DNA of 64,000 nucleotides, taken from contig CBDANQ010000015.1 in the NCBI GenBank assembly GCA_965197725.1, positions 1-64,000 of the forward strand. Reading direction: 5' to 3'. Each line of letters starts with the position of its first letter. Positions within the stretch are counted from its first letter, which is position 1. Position numbers and translations under genes: made by a program. Below the pieces are notes generated by a model that saw only the letters and a program-made list of their open reading frames with translations, made no database searches and had not been told where the DNA came from. Shown here one piece after another: positions 31,479 to 41,022 of this stretch. The stretch comes from Longimicrobiales bacterium. Its GTDB lineage: Bacteria; Gemmatimonadota; Gemmatimonadetes; Longimicrobiales; Gaopeijiaceae.

Positions 31479-31501
31479 GCGGCACCCCGAAAGGGGGCCG
31501 C
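31479..31501. other. GC-rich stem-loop between atpE and atpF
   Basis: gcggc-a-cccc-gaaa-gggg-gccgc; no U-tract; plausible mRNA-stabilising element for the high-copy c subunit. Confidence 0.55.
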
Positions 31502-31514
31502 CGTACCCGACCTA

Positions 31515-31793
31515 TCACACGAACTTGTACAGGATCGTGATGACGAGACCGAACAGCGCCGCTCCTTCGACCAGCGCCGCCAGGATGATCGCAGCCGTCT
31601 GGATCGCGGGACCAGCCTCGGGCTGACGTGCGATGCCCTGGGTCGCACCGTACCCGATCAGGCCGATGCCGATACCCGCGCCAATCATCACGAGTCCGAT
31701 GCCGATACCGGCACCGAGGAGACCTCCCCAGACCTTCGCGGCCTCGGCGTCCATGGCGACGTCCTGAACAACGAGCAGCATTCCGTGCAACAT
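31515..31793 (-). CDS. atpE: Fo subunit c (proton-type)
   Basis: GxGxGxG motif, ARQPEA loop, ion-binding Glu in LVEGAALF; lacks the Q...ES/T...Y Na+ signature. Confidence 0.95.
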   Translation of the reverse strand: MLHGMLLVVQDVAMDAEAAKVWGGLLGAGIGIGLVMIGAGIGIGLIGYGATQGIARQPEAGPAIQTAAIILAALVEGAALFGLVITILYKFV

Positions 31794-31838
31794 GTCGGTT
31801 TTCCCTTGAGAGGTTTGTCTAACGACTGTTGTGATCCA

Positions 31839-32711
31839 TCAATGCGCGTGGCGGATCAGACCAATGAAGACCGCGGTCAGCATCGCGAAGATGTATGCCT
31901 GGAGGAAGGCCACGAAGACCTCGAGAACCATCACGCCGAGCAACATACCCAACGACGCACCCGCAATCATGAACTTCCCGATCGTGAGGTGCGCGAACAG
32001 GAAGATCATCCCGATGAGCGACAGGACGAGCGTGTGCCCGGCCGTCATATTCGCAAAAAGCCGGATCATCAGCGCGAACGGCTTGGTCAGCTTCCCCAAG
32101 AATTCCACTGGCGTCATGATCAGCATCAGGAGGGCTTGACCCGCCTTCGGCAGCCCGGGTGGAGCATAGAAGATAGTCCCCATATAGCCCCTGAATCCCA
32201 ACGTCCGCATCCCTGAAATCTCGACGACGACGAAGGTCACGAGGGCGAGCGCACCCGTGACGTTGAGGTTGCCGGTCGGCGACGCGCCGAACGGCATCAC
32301 CCCGAGCATGTTCATAGTCAAGATGAAGAAGAAGATCGTCAGGATGTACGGCGTGTACGCGTCCCCCCCGTGCCCGATGTTGCGGCGGACGACCTCGTTC
32401 CTGAAGTAGACGACCAGCGCCTCCATCGCGTTCGCGAGGCCCTTCGGCGCGCTGTCCGTGTACCGGTTCCGCATTGCGCGGCCAATGGGGAGGAAGACCG
32501 ACACCACCAGGATCGCCGCCACGACGAGGAAGACCAGGTGCTTCGTCGGGGAGAGGTCGAGCTCCAGCGCGCCGATGTGGATCGGCTCCAACTGCCACAA
32601 GTGCCACACCCACCCACGCCCGAGGATCTCGACCTCGATCTCGTTGCCGTCGCTGAGGTGGTGCATGAGCATCTCCCCGAGGTCGGGCGTGGCGTTCTCC
32701 TGGAGGCTCAC
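31839..32711 (-). CDS. atpB: Fo subunit a
   Basis: KPFALMIRLFANMTAGH, LEVFVAFLQAYIF; GTG start at 32711. Confidence 0.96.
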   Translation of the reverse strand: MSLQENATPDLGEMLMHHLSDGNEIEVEILGRGWVWHLWQLEPIHIGALELDLSPTKHLVFLVVAAILVVSVFLPIGRAMRNRYTDSAPKGLANAMEALVVYFRNEVVRRNIGHGGDAYTPYILTIFFFILTMNMLGVMPFGASPTGNLNVTGALALVTFVVVEISGMRTLGFRGYMGTIFYAPPGLPKAGQALLMLIMTPVEFLGKLTKPFALMIRLFANMTAGHTLVLSLIGMIFLFAHLTIGKFMIAGASLGMLLGVMVLEVFVAFLQAYIFAMLTAVFIGLIRHAH

Positions 32712-32712
32712 G

Positions 32713-33081
32713 TCAGGTCGTCTCGCTCGCGTCGGGTTTGAAGTACATCGGCTCGAGTAGCAGAAGCCCGAAGAGGAAGCCAGCGAGGGCCAGCAATAGC
32801 GCGATCGACCCCTCGACGCCACGACTGATCGCTAGAAACGCGACGAGCCCCACGACCGTGAAGCGCAGCGCGGCGCCGCCCACCCAGACCCCGAGGAAAC
32901 CGTTGGGCTTGCCTCGGAATCGCATCAGTGCCGCAAAGGCCACCCACTGGACAGGCAGTGCCACAGCGGCCGCGATCAGAATCCCGAGCCGACTCGCCGG
33001 ATCCAGGAACGGCCAGAGCGCGAGGATCACCACGGCGACGCCCGTGGCGCCCGCGCCGGCGTACTTGGCCTCGGGGCTCAT
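32713..33081 (-). CDS. AtpI-like four-TM membrane protein
   Basis: Four hydrophobic helices; immediately upstream of atpB. Confidence 0.7.
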   Translation of the reverse strand: MSPEAKYAGAGATGVAVVILALWPFLDPASRLGILIAAAVALPVQWVAFAALMRFRGKPNGFLGVWVGGAALRFTVVGLVAFLAISRGVEGSIALLLALAGFLFGLLLLEPMYFKPDASETT

Positions 33082-33329
33082 CGCGGGCCGTTCTCTCGCT
33101 GCCTGGGTTCGATCACGATGTGGTAGTACAGACTGTAAAAACCTGTGCCCGCGCCCACCGCCGCTCCCACAAGCATCAAGAACGGCTTCGTGCCGAGCTT
33201 GGAGTCCAACCACGCTCCCCCACCCATGAAGAGCAGGATCGAAAGCGCAAAGGCCAAACCGAGGCCCATATGCCGGCCGGACGCCCGCACGATTTCCCGG
33301 GGGTCACTGCGCTGCTCGTCTCCGGCCAC
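33078..33329 (-). CDS. AtpZ/AtpI-family protein
   Basis: GAWLDSKLGTKPFLMLVG...G motif; first gene of the atp operon; start uncertain. Confidence 0.8.
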   Translation of the reverse strand: MAGDEQRSDPREIVRASGRHMGLGLAFALSILLFMGGGAWLDSKLGTKPFLMLVGAAVGAGTGFYSLYYHIVIEPRQRENGPR

Positions 33330-33395
33330 AGCCCTGCTCCCTGGCGGCGGGCAAGTCGAGCCCAAAACGGACTCACTACCCGCCATAGCCAGCAC

Positions 33396-33423
33396 AAAAT
33401 ACCCCTTGTGAAAAAAAGAGCAA
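33396..33423 (-). promoter_or_regulatory. Candidate sigma70 promoter of the atp operon overlapping a partial Rex-like box
   Basis: TTGCTC-N16-TATTTT on the minus strand within an AT-rich patch; TTGTGAAAAAAAGAGCAA at 33406-33423. Confidence 0.4.
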
Positions 33424-33459
33424 GCAGAATTCAGGCACGTTCGACAGTGCCAAGAGCGC

Positions 33460-33489
33460 TTGACGCGTGAAAAAACGACCTCCTAATCT
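33460..33489 (+). promoter_or_regulatory. Candidate sigma70 promoter toward moxR
   Basis: TTGACG-N18-TAATCT. Confidence 0.45.
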
Positions 33490-33667
33490 TGGCCACCGTG
33501 ATAACCTCTTTGGCGACCCACGAATCCCGGCATGAACACCCGGATCAGCGAGAGGGCATCCGGGTATGTCGAGGGGCTGCCTCAGCAAGTATGGTCCCCA
33601 CACTCCTACGAGTCTACCGGACCGGCGTCCCCCATCGAACGACCGGCATCGCCGGCCCAGCACAGGC

Positions 33668-34684
33668 ATGACAACTACCCAACAGAGTGCGGTCCTCGAC
33701 CGAGACCTGGAGCTGCTCGACCGAGTCGCGGAAGTCTCCGGTTTGATGCGCGCGGAGGTGGCCAAGCGCATCGTCGGCCAGCATGACGTCGTTGACGAGC
33801 TGCTGACGGCGCTCTTGGCGAACGGCCATGCGCTGCTGGTCGGCGTCCCGGGTTTGGGCAAGACGCTGCTCGTGCAGACGATCGCCGACGCCCTCGATCT
33901 CAAATTCAGCCGGATCCAGTTCACGCCGGATCTCATGCCAACCGACATCACAGGCACCGAAGTCATCGAGGAGGACCGCACGACGGGGCGGCGCGTCTTC
34001 CGCTTCGTGAAAGGTCCGATCTTCGCCAACATCGTGCTCGCCGACGAGATCAACCGCACGCCCCCCAAGACCCAGGCCGCGCTGCTCGAAGCGATGCAGG
34101 AGCGGGCAGTGACCGCCGCGGGTGACACCTACGCGCTCGAACAGCCCTTCTTCGTGCTCGCCACGCAGAATCCCATCGAACAAGAAGGGACGTACCCGCT
34201 TCCTGAGGCTCAGCTCGACCGCTTCATGCTCGAGCTCCCGATCTACTACCCTCCTCGCGACGAAGAAGAGGAGATCGCGATGCGGACAACGGGGGAGGAA
34301 GAGCCGGAGGTGCTCCCGGTCCTGGCTGCGGCCGAGCTCATCGACTTGCAGCACCTCGTCCGCCGCATCCCCGCACCGCCCTCCCTGGTCTCCTTCGCGG
34401 TGCGCCTCGCACGATCAACGCGACCGGGCGAGGAGGCCGCCTCGGTGAGCCAACAGTACGTCGCGTGGGGTGCCGGGCCGCGCGCTTCTCAGTACCTCGT
34501 GCTCGGCGCAAAGGCACGAGCGGCCTCGCGGGGTGCGGCCATCCCGTCGTATGATGACGTTCGAGTGATCGCGCCCGCCGTCCTCGCCCATCGGCTGGTC
34601 CTCAACTTCGAGGCCGAAGCCGACGGCCGCACGACGCGCGACGTGATCCGTGAGCTCCTCGAGGAGACCCGGGATTGGAGCTAG
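33668..34684 (+). CDS. moxR: MoxR-family AAA+ ATPase
   Basis: GVPGLGKT, RIQFTPDLMP.D, LADEINRTPPKTQAALLEAM, ATQNPIEQEGTYPLPEAQLDRF. Confidence 0.95.
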   Translation: MTTTQQSAVLDRDLELLDRVAEVSGLMRAEVAKRIVGQHDVVDELLTALLANGHALLVGVPGLGKTLLVQTIADALDLKFSRIQFTPDLMPTDITGTEVIEEDRTTGRRVFRFVKGPIFANIVLADEINRTPPKTQAALLEAMQERAVTAAGDTYALEQPFFVLATQNPIEQEGTYPLPEAQLDRFMLELPIYYPPRDEEEEIAMRTTGEEEPEVLPVLAAAELIDLQHLVRRIPAPPSLVSFAVRLARSTRPGEEAASVSQQYVAWGAGPRASQYLVLGAKARAASRGAAIPSYDDVRVIAPAVLAHRLVLNFEAEADGRTTRDVIRELLEETRDWS

Positions 34685-34751
34685 ACCGAAGTAGTGGGTC
34701 GGGGGACCACCCTCCGAGTCCACGATTACGAAGTGAGCCCGGAGGCACGCC

Positions 34752-36017
34752 ATGATGGGCGCCGCGGCCGGAATGATCGTGCTGTTCCTCATTCTGTCGG
34801 CTGCGCTCACCGCCGCGCACACCGCCGTGTTCCATATCGGCTCCTCGCGCGTCCGTACGCTCCAGGAGGAGGGCTTCACCGGATCCGATGCTCTGGGCGA
34901 GGTCCGAGCGAATCCGAGCGCCGTTGAATGGAGCGTGCGGCTCACTACAGGCGTGCTCAACCTCGGTGCCCTCGGCGTCGGGGTCAGCACGGGCGCGATG
35001 ACCTGGGGACGCGGCGGGCCGATTGCCGACGTGCTCATCGGGATCGTGGTGATCGTCGGCTTCACGGACATCGTACCGCGCAGCATCGCGGCACGGCACC
35101 CGGTGCGGCTAGCCCTAGGGTCGGCCTCGACGCTGCTCACGTTGAGCAAGTGGACGCGATTCATGGGGGGCGCCGTCTCCAGACTCGAAATCGCTCTCGT
35201 ACGTGACGGAAGCGACGAGCTCAGCACCGAGGAGCGAGAACTGCGTGAGCTACAAGAGATCGGGCAGGAGGCGGGCATTCTCGAGGAGTCCGAGAACCGT
35301 CTGGTCGAGCGGGCGTTCAGACTCGACGAACTCACCGCATGGGACGTCATGGTCCCACGCGTCGACATCTTCGCTTGGAAGCGAGAACTCACCGTCGCCG
35401 ACGTCCTCGACGGACTCGAGGATCTTCCGTACAGCCGCGTACCGGTGTACCGGAAGTCCGTCGACGACGTGACGGGCATCGTATACGTGCGCGAACTGTA
35501 CGAGCGCGTCGCGGCCGGACAGCGGGACGTGAAGCTCGGCGAGCTCTCGCACGCGCCGTTTTTTGTCCCGGGATCACTCTCCTGCGCCCAGCTGCTGCGC
35601 GACTTTCAGGCCCGGCGTATCCACATGGGCCTCGTCGCGGACGAGTTCGGTGGCACCGACGGACTCGTGACGCTCGAAGACGTGCTCGAACAGCTCGTAG
35701 GCGAGATCCACGACGAGACGGACGTCACGGAGCAGGAGGTCCTTCGGCTCTCCGAGACTCAGCTCGAATGCGATGCGGGCGTGGACGTGCGCGAGATCAA
35801 CGAGGCTTTGAACGTCTCGCTACCCAAGCACGAACATCGGTCCCTGAACGGTATGATCCTGGAGGAACTCGGGCACGTGCCTGCGCGGGGAGACGGCTTC
35901 GAGGCCGCCGGAGTTCGCATCTACATCGTGGCAGCGAGCGAAACCCAAGTGCTGCGAGCCAGGGTTACCCGTCTCCCGGCGCCGCGCGTTCCGACCGATC
36001 ACTTAGAAGGCTGTTGA
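34752..36017 (+). CDS. CNNM/hemolysin-family (DUF21-CBS-CorC/HlyC) membrane protein
   Basis: N-terminal TM region, DVMVPR, YSRVPVY, DEFGGTDGLVTLEDVLEQLVGEIHDE. Confidence 0.92.
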   Translation: MMGAAAGMIVLFLILSAALTAAHTAVFHIGSSRVRTLQEEGFTGSDALGEVRANPSAVEWSVRLTTGVLNLGALGVGVSTGAMTWGRGGPIADVLIGIVVIVGFTDIVPRSIAARHPVRLALGSASTLLTLSKWTRFMGGAVSRLEIALVRDGSDELSTEERELRELQEIGQEAGILEESENRLVERAFRLDELTAWDVMVPRVDIFAWKRELTVADVLDGLEDLPYSRVPVYRKSVDDVTGIVYVRELYERVAAGQRDVKLGELSHAPFFVPGSLSCAQLLRDFQARRIHMGLVADEFGGTDGLVTLEDVLEQLVGEIHDETDVTEQEVLRLSETQLECDAGVDVREINEALNVSLPKHEHRSLNGMILEELGHVPARGDGFEAAGVRIYIVAASETQVLRARVTRLPAPRVPTDHLEGC

Positions 36018-36064
36018 AGAAGTAGAGTGGGCCGCGCGCCCACGTTACGGAAAAGGCGATCCGC

Positions 36065-36871
36065 CTAGAGTCCGACGACTCGCGTTAGATACCATGAGAG
36101 CATCTGCTCACCCCACGCGTACGAGATCGCCGCCGCCGCCGCGAGGAAGACGCCGAGGGGAATCAGACGCTTCGAGATCGTTGAGATGGGGCCGAAGACC
36201 AACAGCGCCAAGAGCGAACCGATGAACACCGTCTGGGCGACGCCCCAAACTCCGATGAAGGCGCCCACCATCATCATCATCTTGATGTCGCCGCCACCCA
36301 TCGCCTGGTCTACCCCGGCTTCTTCAAGGCGGCCCGGCGAGAGCTTCTTGATCATCCACGTGCCACTGACCGCTACGAGCCAGAGAACCGCATATCCAAC
36401 CGCCGCACCGATGATCGAGTCGACCCAGTCGATGCCACCCGGAAGAAACGCCATCCCGACTCCGACGACAGCGCCCCCGATCGAAAACTGATTCGGGATG
36501 ATGTAGAAGCGAGCGTCTGAGATCGAGATCCCGAAGAGGATCCATAGGAAGACGCCGCCGCGCAGCGCTTCGGGCGTCGCACCGTGCGCGGCAAAGACGC
36601 CCGCCCAGATAAGCGCGCTCGTCAGCTCCACGAGAGGGTACTGGATCGAGATCGGTTCGGAACAGAATCGACACTTCGCCCGGAGAATCATCCAACTCAG
36701 AACCGGAATATTGTTGTACCACTGCACCGATTTCAGACACTTCGGGCACCTCGAGCCAGGCGAGACGATCGACTCGTCCTGGGGCCAACGCAGCGTGCAG
36801 ACGTTGAGGAACGAGCCCACGACGAGCCCAAAGAGACCGGCCATGATCGGGACCAACGATGCCTCCATCAC
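36065..36871 (-). CDS. pilD: Type IV prepilin peptidase (A24)
   Basis: GSFLNV, SRCPKC, NIPVLSW, CRFC, ISD, MGGGDIK. Confidence 0.93.
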   Translation of the reverse strand: MMEASLVPIMAGLFGLVVGSFLNVCTLRWPQDESIVSPGSRCPKCLKSVQWYNNIPVLSWMILRAKCRFCSEPISIQYPLVELTSALIWAGVFAAHGATPEALRGGVFLWILFGISISDARFYIIPNQFSIGGAVVGVGMAFLPGGIDWVDSIIGAAVGYAVLWLVAVSGTWMIKKLSPGRLEEAGVDQAMGGGDIKMMMMVGAFIGVWGVAQTVFIGSLLALLVFGPISTISKRLIPLGVFLAAAAAISYAWGEQMLSWYLTRVVGL

Positions 36872-37653
36872 GCACTCGACTCCTTCGTCAGCTCATAGAG
36901 CAATACCGACCCCGCCATCCCGACGTTCAACGATTCGGCGGGTCCCCACATCGGGATCGACACCGTGCTCGTCGCCGCATCTTTCAGCTCGTCGCGGACG
37001 CCGGCTCCTTCATTCCCCACGATCAGCGCGAAACCGGCCCGACGCTCGTCTCGCCTAACCGGCTCGCCGCCCGCGGCCGCGACGCGCAACGGGACTCCAG
37101 CGTGCTGGAGCGCGGCGACGGCGTCGAGCAAACACGCCCGAATCACCGGAATTCGAAACGCCATGCCGGCGGACGCCCGTACCGTCTTGGGCGCCCAAGG
37201 GTCCGCCGTCCCCTCGAGCGCGATTACCGCATCGAGGCCAAAGGCGACCGAGGCTCGCACGAGTGTGCCCGTGTTGCCCGGGTCCTGGACGCCGTCAAGA
37301 ACCAGGAGCCGCACCCCTGCCTCCACCAGGTCGAGCGAAGCGCGAGGCTCGCCACACACGAGCAGGATTCCCTGGGGGTGCTCGGTATCGGCCAGCTCGC
37401 TCAATTCGGCGTCGTCGATGGTGTGGAGCTCGAGATCCGTCGCCGCTAGCCGCGTCGCGAGTGCAGAGCCGCCACTGGTATGTCCGAGCCTCGGGGAGGT
37501 CACGGCGAAGCGGCCGTTCGCCCCCGCGTCGAGCGCCTCCGTTACCGCCCGCACGCCTTCGACGAGCACGAGCGACTCCTTCCTTCTCGACTTGGGAGTC
37601 CGCAGTCGCCCGACCAAACGGGTTCGACGCTGGCTCAAGCTCACCTGTACCAC
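36868..37653 (-). CDS. TrmH/SpoU-family RNA methyltransferase
   Basis: LVEG, HPQGI, VQDPGN.GTLVR, GNEGAG, IPM...ESLNV. Confidence 0.93.
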   Translation of the reverse strand: MVQVSLSQRRTRLVGRLRTPKSRRKESLVLVEGVRAVTEALDAGANGRFAVTSPRLGHTSGGSALATRLAATDLELHTIDDAELSELADTEHPQGILLVCGEPRASLDLVEAGVRLLVLDGVQDPGNTGTLVRASVAFGLDAVIALEGTADPWAPKTVRASAGMAFRIPVIRACLLDAVAALQHAGVPLRVAAAGGEPVRRDERRAGFALIVGNEGAGVRDELKDAATSTVSIPMWGPAESLNVGMAGSVLLYELTKESSA

Positions 37654-37703
37654 GACTTTTTTCTATGGCCCACCGTCCCTACACCTGACGACAAGACGCG
37701 AAG

Positions 37704-38516
37704 ATGACCATCGATCAGGCGCATCAGCCGCACCAGCCCGTTGCTCTCACGATCGCGGGCAGCGACAGCGGGGGTGGCGCCGGCATCCAGGCAGACCTCA
37801 AGACATTCCAATCGTTCGGTGTGTACGGAACGAGCGCGGTTACGGCGATCACGGCCCAAAACACCCTCGGAGTGCACAGAATCCACCCGGTGCCTCTCCA
37901 GGACGTGCGCGCCCAGATCGACGCGGTCGTCGCGGATCTCCGACCCCAGGCGTTCAAGACCGGAATGTTGGCGAACGCCGCGCTGGTATCGGAGGTCGCG
38001 GACGCCATCGAAGCGCACGCGCTGGGCCGCTACGTCCTGGATCCGGTCATGGTCGCCACCGGCGGAGCACGGTTGCTCGATTCCGACGCACAAGCCTCTC
38101 TCGTCACGAGGCTCTTGCCCTTGGCCATGCTGGTCACGCCGAACCTGCACGAGGCCGCGATCCTGGTAGGAGAGCCGCTCGAGACCGCCGGGCGCATGAG
38201 TGAGGCAGCCCGGAGACTCGTCGAATTGGGAGCGGGTGCCGCACTCATCAAGGGCGGACATCTCGACGGAGACGCAGTCGACGTGCTCTGGGACGGTGTC
38301 GAAGAGCGGGTCTGGCAGCGGCCCCGCATCGACACCCCTCACACCCACGGTACTGGATGCACGCTCGCGGCCGCCGCCGCCGCGGGGCTCGCGCTTGGAG
38401 AGTCCGTACACGGCGCCGTCGAACGGGCGATCCGCTTCGTCGTGCGCGCGATCGAGTCGGCTCCGGGGCTGGGTGGGGGCCACGGACCTCTGAATCACTC
38501 CGTGTCCTCAGAGTAG
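37704..38516 (+). CDS. thiD: Hydroxymethylpyrimidine/phosphomethylpyrimidine kinase
   Basis: [41 protein letters not shown]. Confidence 0.96.
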   Translation: MTIDQAHQPHQPVALTIAGSDSGGGAGIQADLKTFQSFGVYGTSAVTAITAQNTLGVHRIHPVPLQDVRAQIDAVVADLRPQAFKTGMLANAALVSEVADAIEAHALGRYVLDPVMVATGGARLLDSDAQASLVTRLLPLAMLVTPNLHEAAILVGEPLETAGRMSEAARRLVELGAGAALIKGGHLDGDAVDVLWDGVEERVWQRPRIDTPHTHGTGCTLAAAAAAGLALGESVHGAVERAIRFVVRAIESAPGLGGGHGPLNHSVSSE

Positions 38517-39352
38517 CCGGTCGCCTCGAGTCGCCCGAGGACCCCGCTGAGTAGCAGCCCCAGCCGCGCGCCCGCCACGCGACCCACCTCGATTACCTCT
38601 TCATGGCCGATCGGCTCCGGGATCACCTTTTCGTGGCCTATCGGCTCCGGGCTGAGACCGGTCCCCTTGTTGGTGACCATCGAGACGCCCAGGCAGCGGA
38701 GTCCCGCCGCGCGCGCTACGGTCACCTCCGGTACGGTCGACATGCCGACCACGTGCGCGCCGAGGCCAGCGAGCATACGGACCTCGGCAGCGGTCTCGTA
38801 CGACGGCCCGAGAACAGCCGCATACGTGCCTCGTGTGAGCTCGATACCGAGGTCGGCAGCCACCTCCAGAGCAAGGCGCTGGAGCTCGACGTCGTACGGC
38901 GCGCTCATGTCCGGAAAGCGCTCTTCTCCAACGTGCACCGGCCCCGCAAGGGGGCTCCGAAACGTCAGGTTGATCTGATCCTCGATGAGGAGGAGGTCCC
39001 CAGGTCCGAGCTTTCCGTCGATTCCACCGGCTGCGTTGCTCGCGACGAGCACCTCAACACCGAGCGCCGCGGCGACTCGAACCGGAGCGACGACCACCTC
39101 CATGGGGTGTCCCTCATACGCGTGGTACCGCCCCGCTTGCAGCAGGACAGGTGTGCCGTCGAGGTGCCCGGACACGTACGCCCCGCTGTGTCCTTCGACG
39201 CCCGATGGCGGAAAACCCGGGACTTCCTCGAAGGACACGGTCGTGGCGTCGCTCACCTGCGTCGCAAGGTGGCCGAGTCCCGAGCCGAGTATCACCTGGA
39301 CGGAGGGAGTCAAGGGCAGCCGGCCACGCAGAAAGTCCGCGGCGGCTTCCAC
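38495..39352 (-). CDS. punA: Purine-nucleoside phosphorylase (trimeric family)
   Basis: ILGSGLG, VEGH.G, GRYHAYEG, NAAGG, GPSYET.AE, VGMSTVPE, TN; start approximate. Confidence 0.93.
   Translation of the reverse strand: MEAAADFLRGRLPLTPSVQVILGSGLGHLATQVSDATTVSFEEVPGFPPSGVEGHSGAYVSGHLDGTPVLLQAGRYHAYEGHPMEVVVAPVRVAAALGVEVLVASNAAGGIDGKLGPGDLLLIEDQINLTFRSPLAGPVHVGEERFPDMSAPYDVELQRLALEVAADLGIELTRGTYAAVLGPSYETAAEVRMLAGLGAHVVGMSTVPEVTVARAAGLRCLGVSMVTNKGTGLSPEPIGHEKVIPEPIGHEEVIEVGRVAGARLGLLLSGVLGRLEATGYSEDTE
38591..38650 (-). repeat. 30-nt tandem duplication inside the PNP gene
   Basis: gattacctcttcatggccgatcggctccgg / gatcaccttttcgtggcctatcggctccgg (4 mismatches); encodes PEPIGHEKVI-PEPIGHEEVI. 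Confidence 0.9.
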
Positions 39353-39381
39353 ATCGACCGTAGCGACCGTGCTCTCCCGGC

Positions 39382-40860
39382 TCAGAGGATCATCCCCGCG
39401 ACCGTAGCGGTCATGAACGCGGCGATCGATCCCGCGATCATGGCGCGGAGGCCCAACCGCGACAGATCGTGCCTGCGTGAAGGCGCGATGCCTCCGATCC
39501 CGCCGAGCTGGATCGCGATCGATGAGAAATTCGCGAACCCAGAGAGCGCGTACGTGGCGATGACGATCGAGCGCGGCTGCAACTGGTGCCCACCTCCGAG
39601 CGTCGCGGCCAACTGGAAGTATGCGACGAACTCGTTGAGTACCGTCTTGACGCCCATCAGGGAAGCGACCACCGGCGCGTCCACCCAGGGCACGCCCATC
39701 AGCCAGGCGATCGGCGACAGAACCCATCCGAGAATCCATTCGAACGTGAGCATTTCGAGGCCGACGAGGCCGCCGATCCACCCCAGCATGCCGTTCATCA
39801 AGTACACCAACGCAAGGAAGGCCAGCAGCATCGCGCCCACGTTCAGCGCCAGATGGAGCCCTTCGGAAGCGCCCCGCGCGGCCGCGTCGATGACGTTTAC
39901 ATCGGGTTTATTGATGTCGACCTCGAGCTTACCGGCCGTCTCCGGTGTTTCGTCCTCCGGGTACATGAGCTTGGCGACCACGAGCGCGGCCGGGGCCGAC
40001 ATCACAGAGGCGGCCATGAGGTGGCCCGCGATGTCAGGGAAGTAAGCCACCAGAATTCCCACGTACGCTGCGAGAACGCCGCCCGCGACGGTCGCGAAGC
40101 CACCGGTCATCACAGCCATCAACTCCGACATCGTCATGCGATCGAGGAACGGCTTGATCAAGAGAGGAGCTTCGGTCTGGCCCACGAAGATGTTGCCGGC
40201 CGCGGACAGCGTCTCCGCACCCGACGTCTTCATCGTCCGTTGCATGACGAGGGCCATGCCTTTCACCGCGATTTGCATGATGCTCACGTGATACAGCACC
40301 GTCATCAGCGACGAAAAGAAGATGATCGTCGGCAGGACGTTGAACGCGAAGAACGCACCGGTATTCGCCACCTGACCCGGTGTCGCCACGAAGTCGCCCT
40401 GGCCCACCGTCCCGGCGCCCACCGGCACGTTGTCGTAGACAAGGTCACCGAAGATGAAGCTCGCGCCTTCCACCGTGAAGCCGAGCAACGCGATCACGAC
40501 CCGGTTCATCACACCGAAGACCTCGGTTCCGACCGGCGTCTTCAGAATCAGGAACGCGAAGAGGATCTGGAGAGAGATGCCCCAGATCACGACGCGCCAG
40601 GGGATGTTCTTGCGGTCGACGCTCATGAGCCAAGCCACCAGCGCCAACAGGAAGAGGCCGAGAATCGAACGCAGCCGGTCGAGCAGTGGCGTGCCGAGCG
40701 AGCCCTCCGGAACGCTGATCTGGGCGCTAGCCTGAATCGTGGCGACCGGGGCCGTCGATGTGGCCGCGGCCTCGGCACCGAGTGACGTCCAGGCACCGGT
40801 GACGATCAGGATCGCCGCGCACGTCCACAGAACGCCAACTCTGGGACTCGGTCGCTTCAT
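39382..40860 (-). CDS. nupC: NupC/CNT concentrative nucleoside transporter
   Basis: VLPTIIFFSSL, NIFVGQTEAP, GFATVAG, LNEFVAY, GFANFSSIAI. Confidence 0.95.
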   Translation of the reverse strand: MKRPSPRVGVLWTCAAILIVTGAWTSLGAEAAATSTAPVATIQASAQISVPEGSLGTPLLDRLRSILGLFLLALVAWLMSVDRKNIPWRVVIWGISLQILFAFLILKTPVGTEVFGVMNRVVIALLGFTVEGASFIFGDLVYDNVPVGAGTVGQGDFVATPGQVANTGAFFAFNVLPTIIFFSSLMTVLYHVSIMQIAVKGMALVMQRTMKTSGAETLSAAGNIFVGQTEAPLLIKPFLDRMTMSELMAVMTGGFATVAGGVLAAYVGILVAYFPDIAGHLMAASVMSAPAALVVAKLMYPEDETPETAGKLEVDINKPDVNVIDAAARGASEGLHLALNVGAMLLAFLALVYLMNGMLGWIGGLVGLEMLTFEWILGWVLSPIAWLMGVPWVDAPVVASLMGVKTVLNEFVAYFQLAATLGGGHQLQPRSIVIATYALSGFANFSSIAIQLGGIGGIAPSRRHDLSRLGLRAMIAGSIAAFMTATVAGMIL

Positions 40861-40955
40861 CTAGGAGCAGTCCTCGTGAGCGGTGGGTTGGCGGGCGCAA
40901 TATCAGCCGCCCGCGCCATCACCACCAGCCGCGATGATGCGATCGGCGCGGCTCA

Positions 40956-40974
40956 GGCTGCCGTTTTGGCAGCC
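40956..40974. promoter_or_regulatory. Palindromic operator/UAS candidate upstream of dnaK
   Basis: GGCTGCC-GTTTT-GGCAGCC; the core CTGCC-N5-GGCAG recurs upstream of hslV. Confidence 0.65.
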
Positions 40975-41022
40975 CTTGCCCCCCACAAGCCCGCCAGACC
41001 GGCGGACTTTTTGCCCCCGCTA

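Noticed and set aside
31515..31793. Na+-translocating or N-type ATPase
   Set aside because: The c subunit lacks the Na+ ligands, atpH is present, and the gene order is the standard F-type.
33432..33453. GGCAC-N8-GTGCC as a CIRCE or sigma54 site
   Set aside because: The spacing does not fit TTAGCACTC-N9-GAGTGCTAA, and there is no GC at the -12 position.
37654..37703. TPP riboswitch upstream of thiD (or thiE)
   Set aside because: The spacers are too short and lack the CTGAGA/ACCTGA motifs.
39368..39378. ACG start for the PNP gene after GGGAGAGC
   Set aside because: The context resembles the dnaK RBS, but an in-frame GTG at 39352 exists and the sequence has base-level errors, so it cannot be supported.
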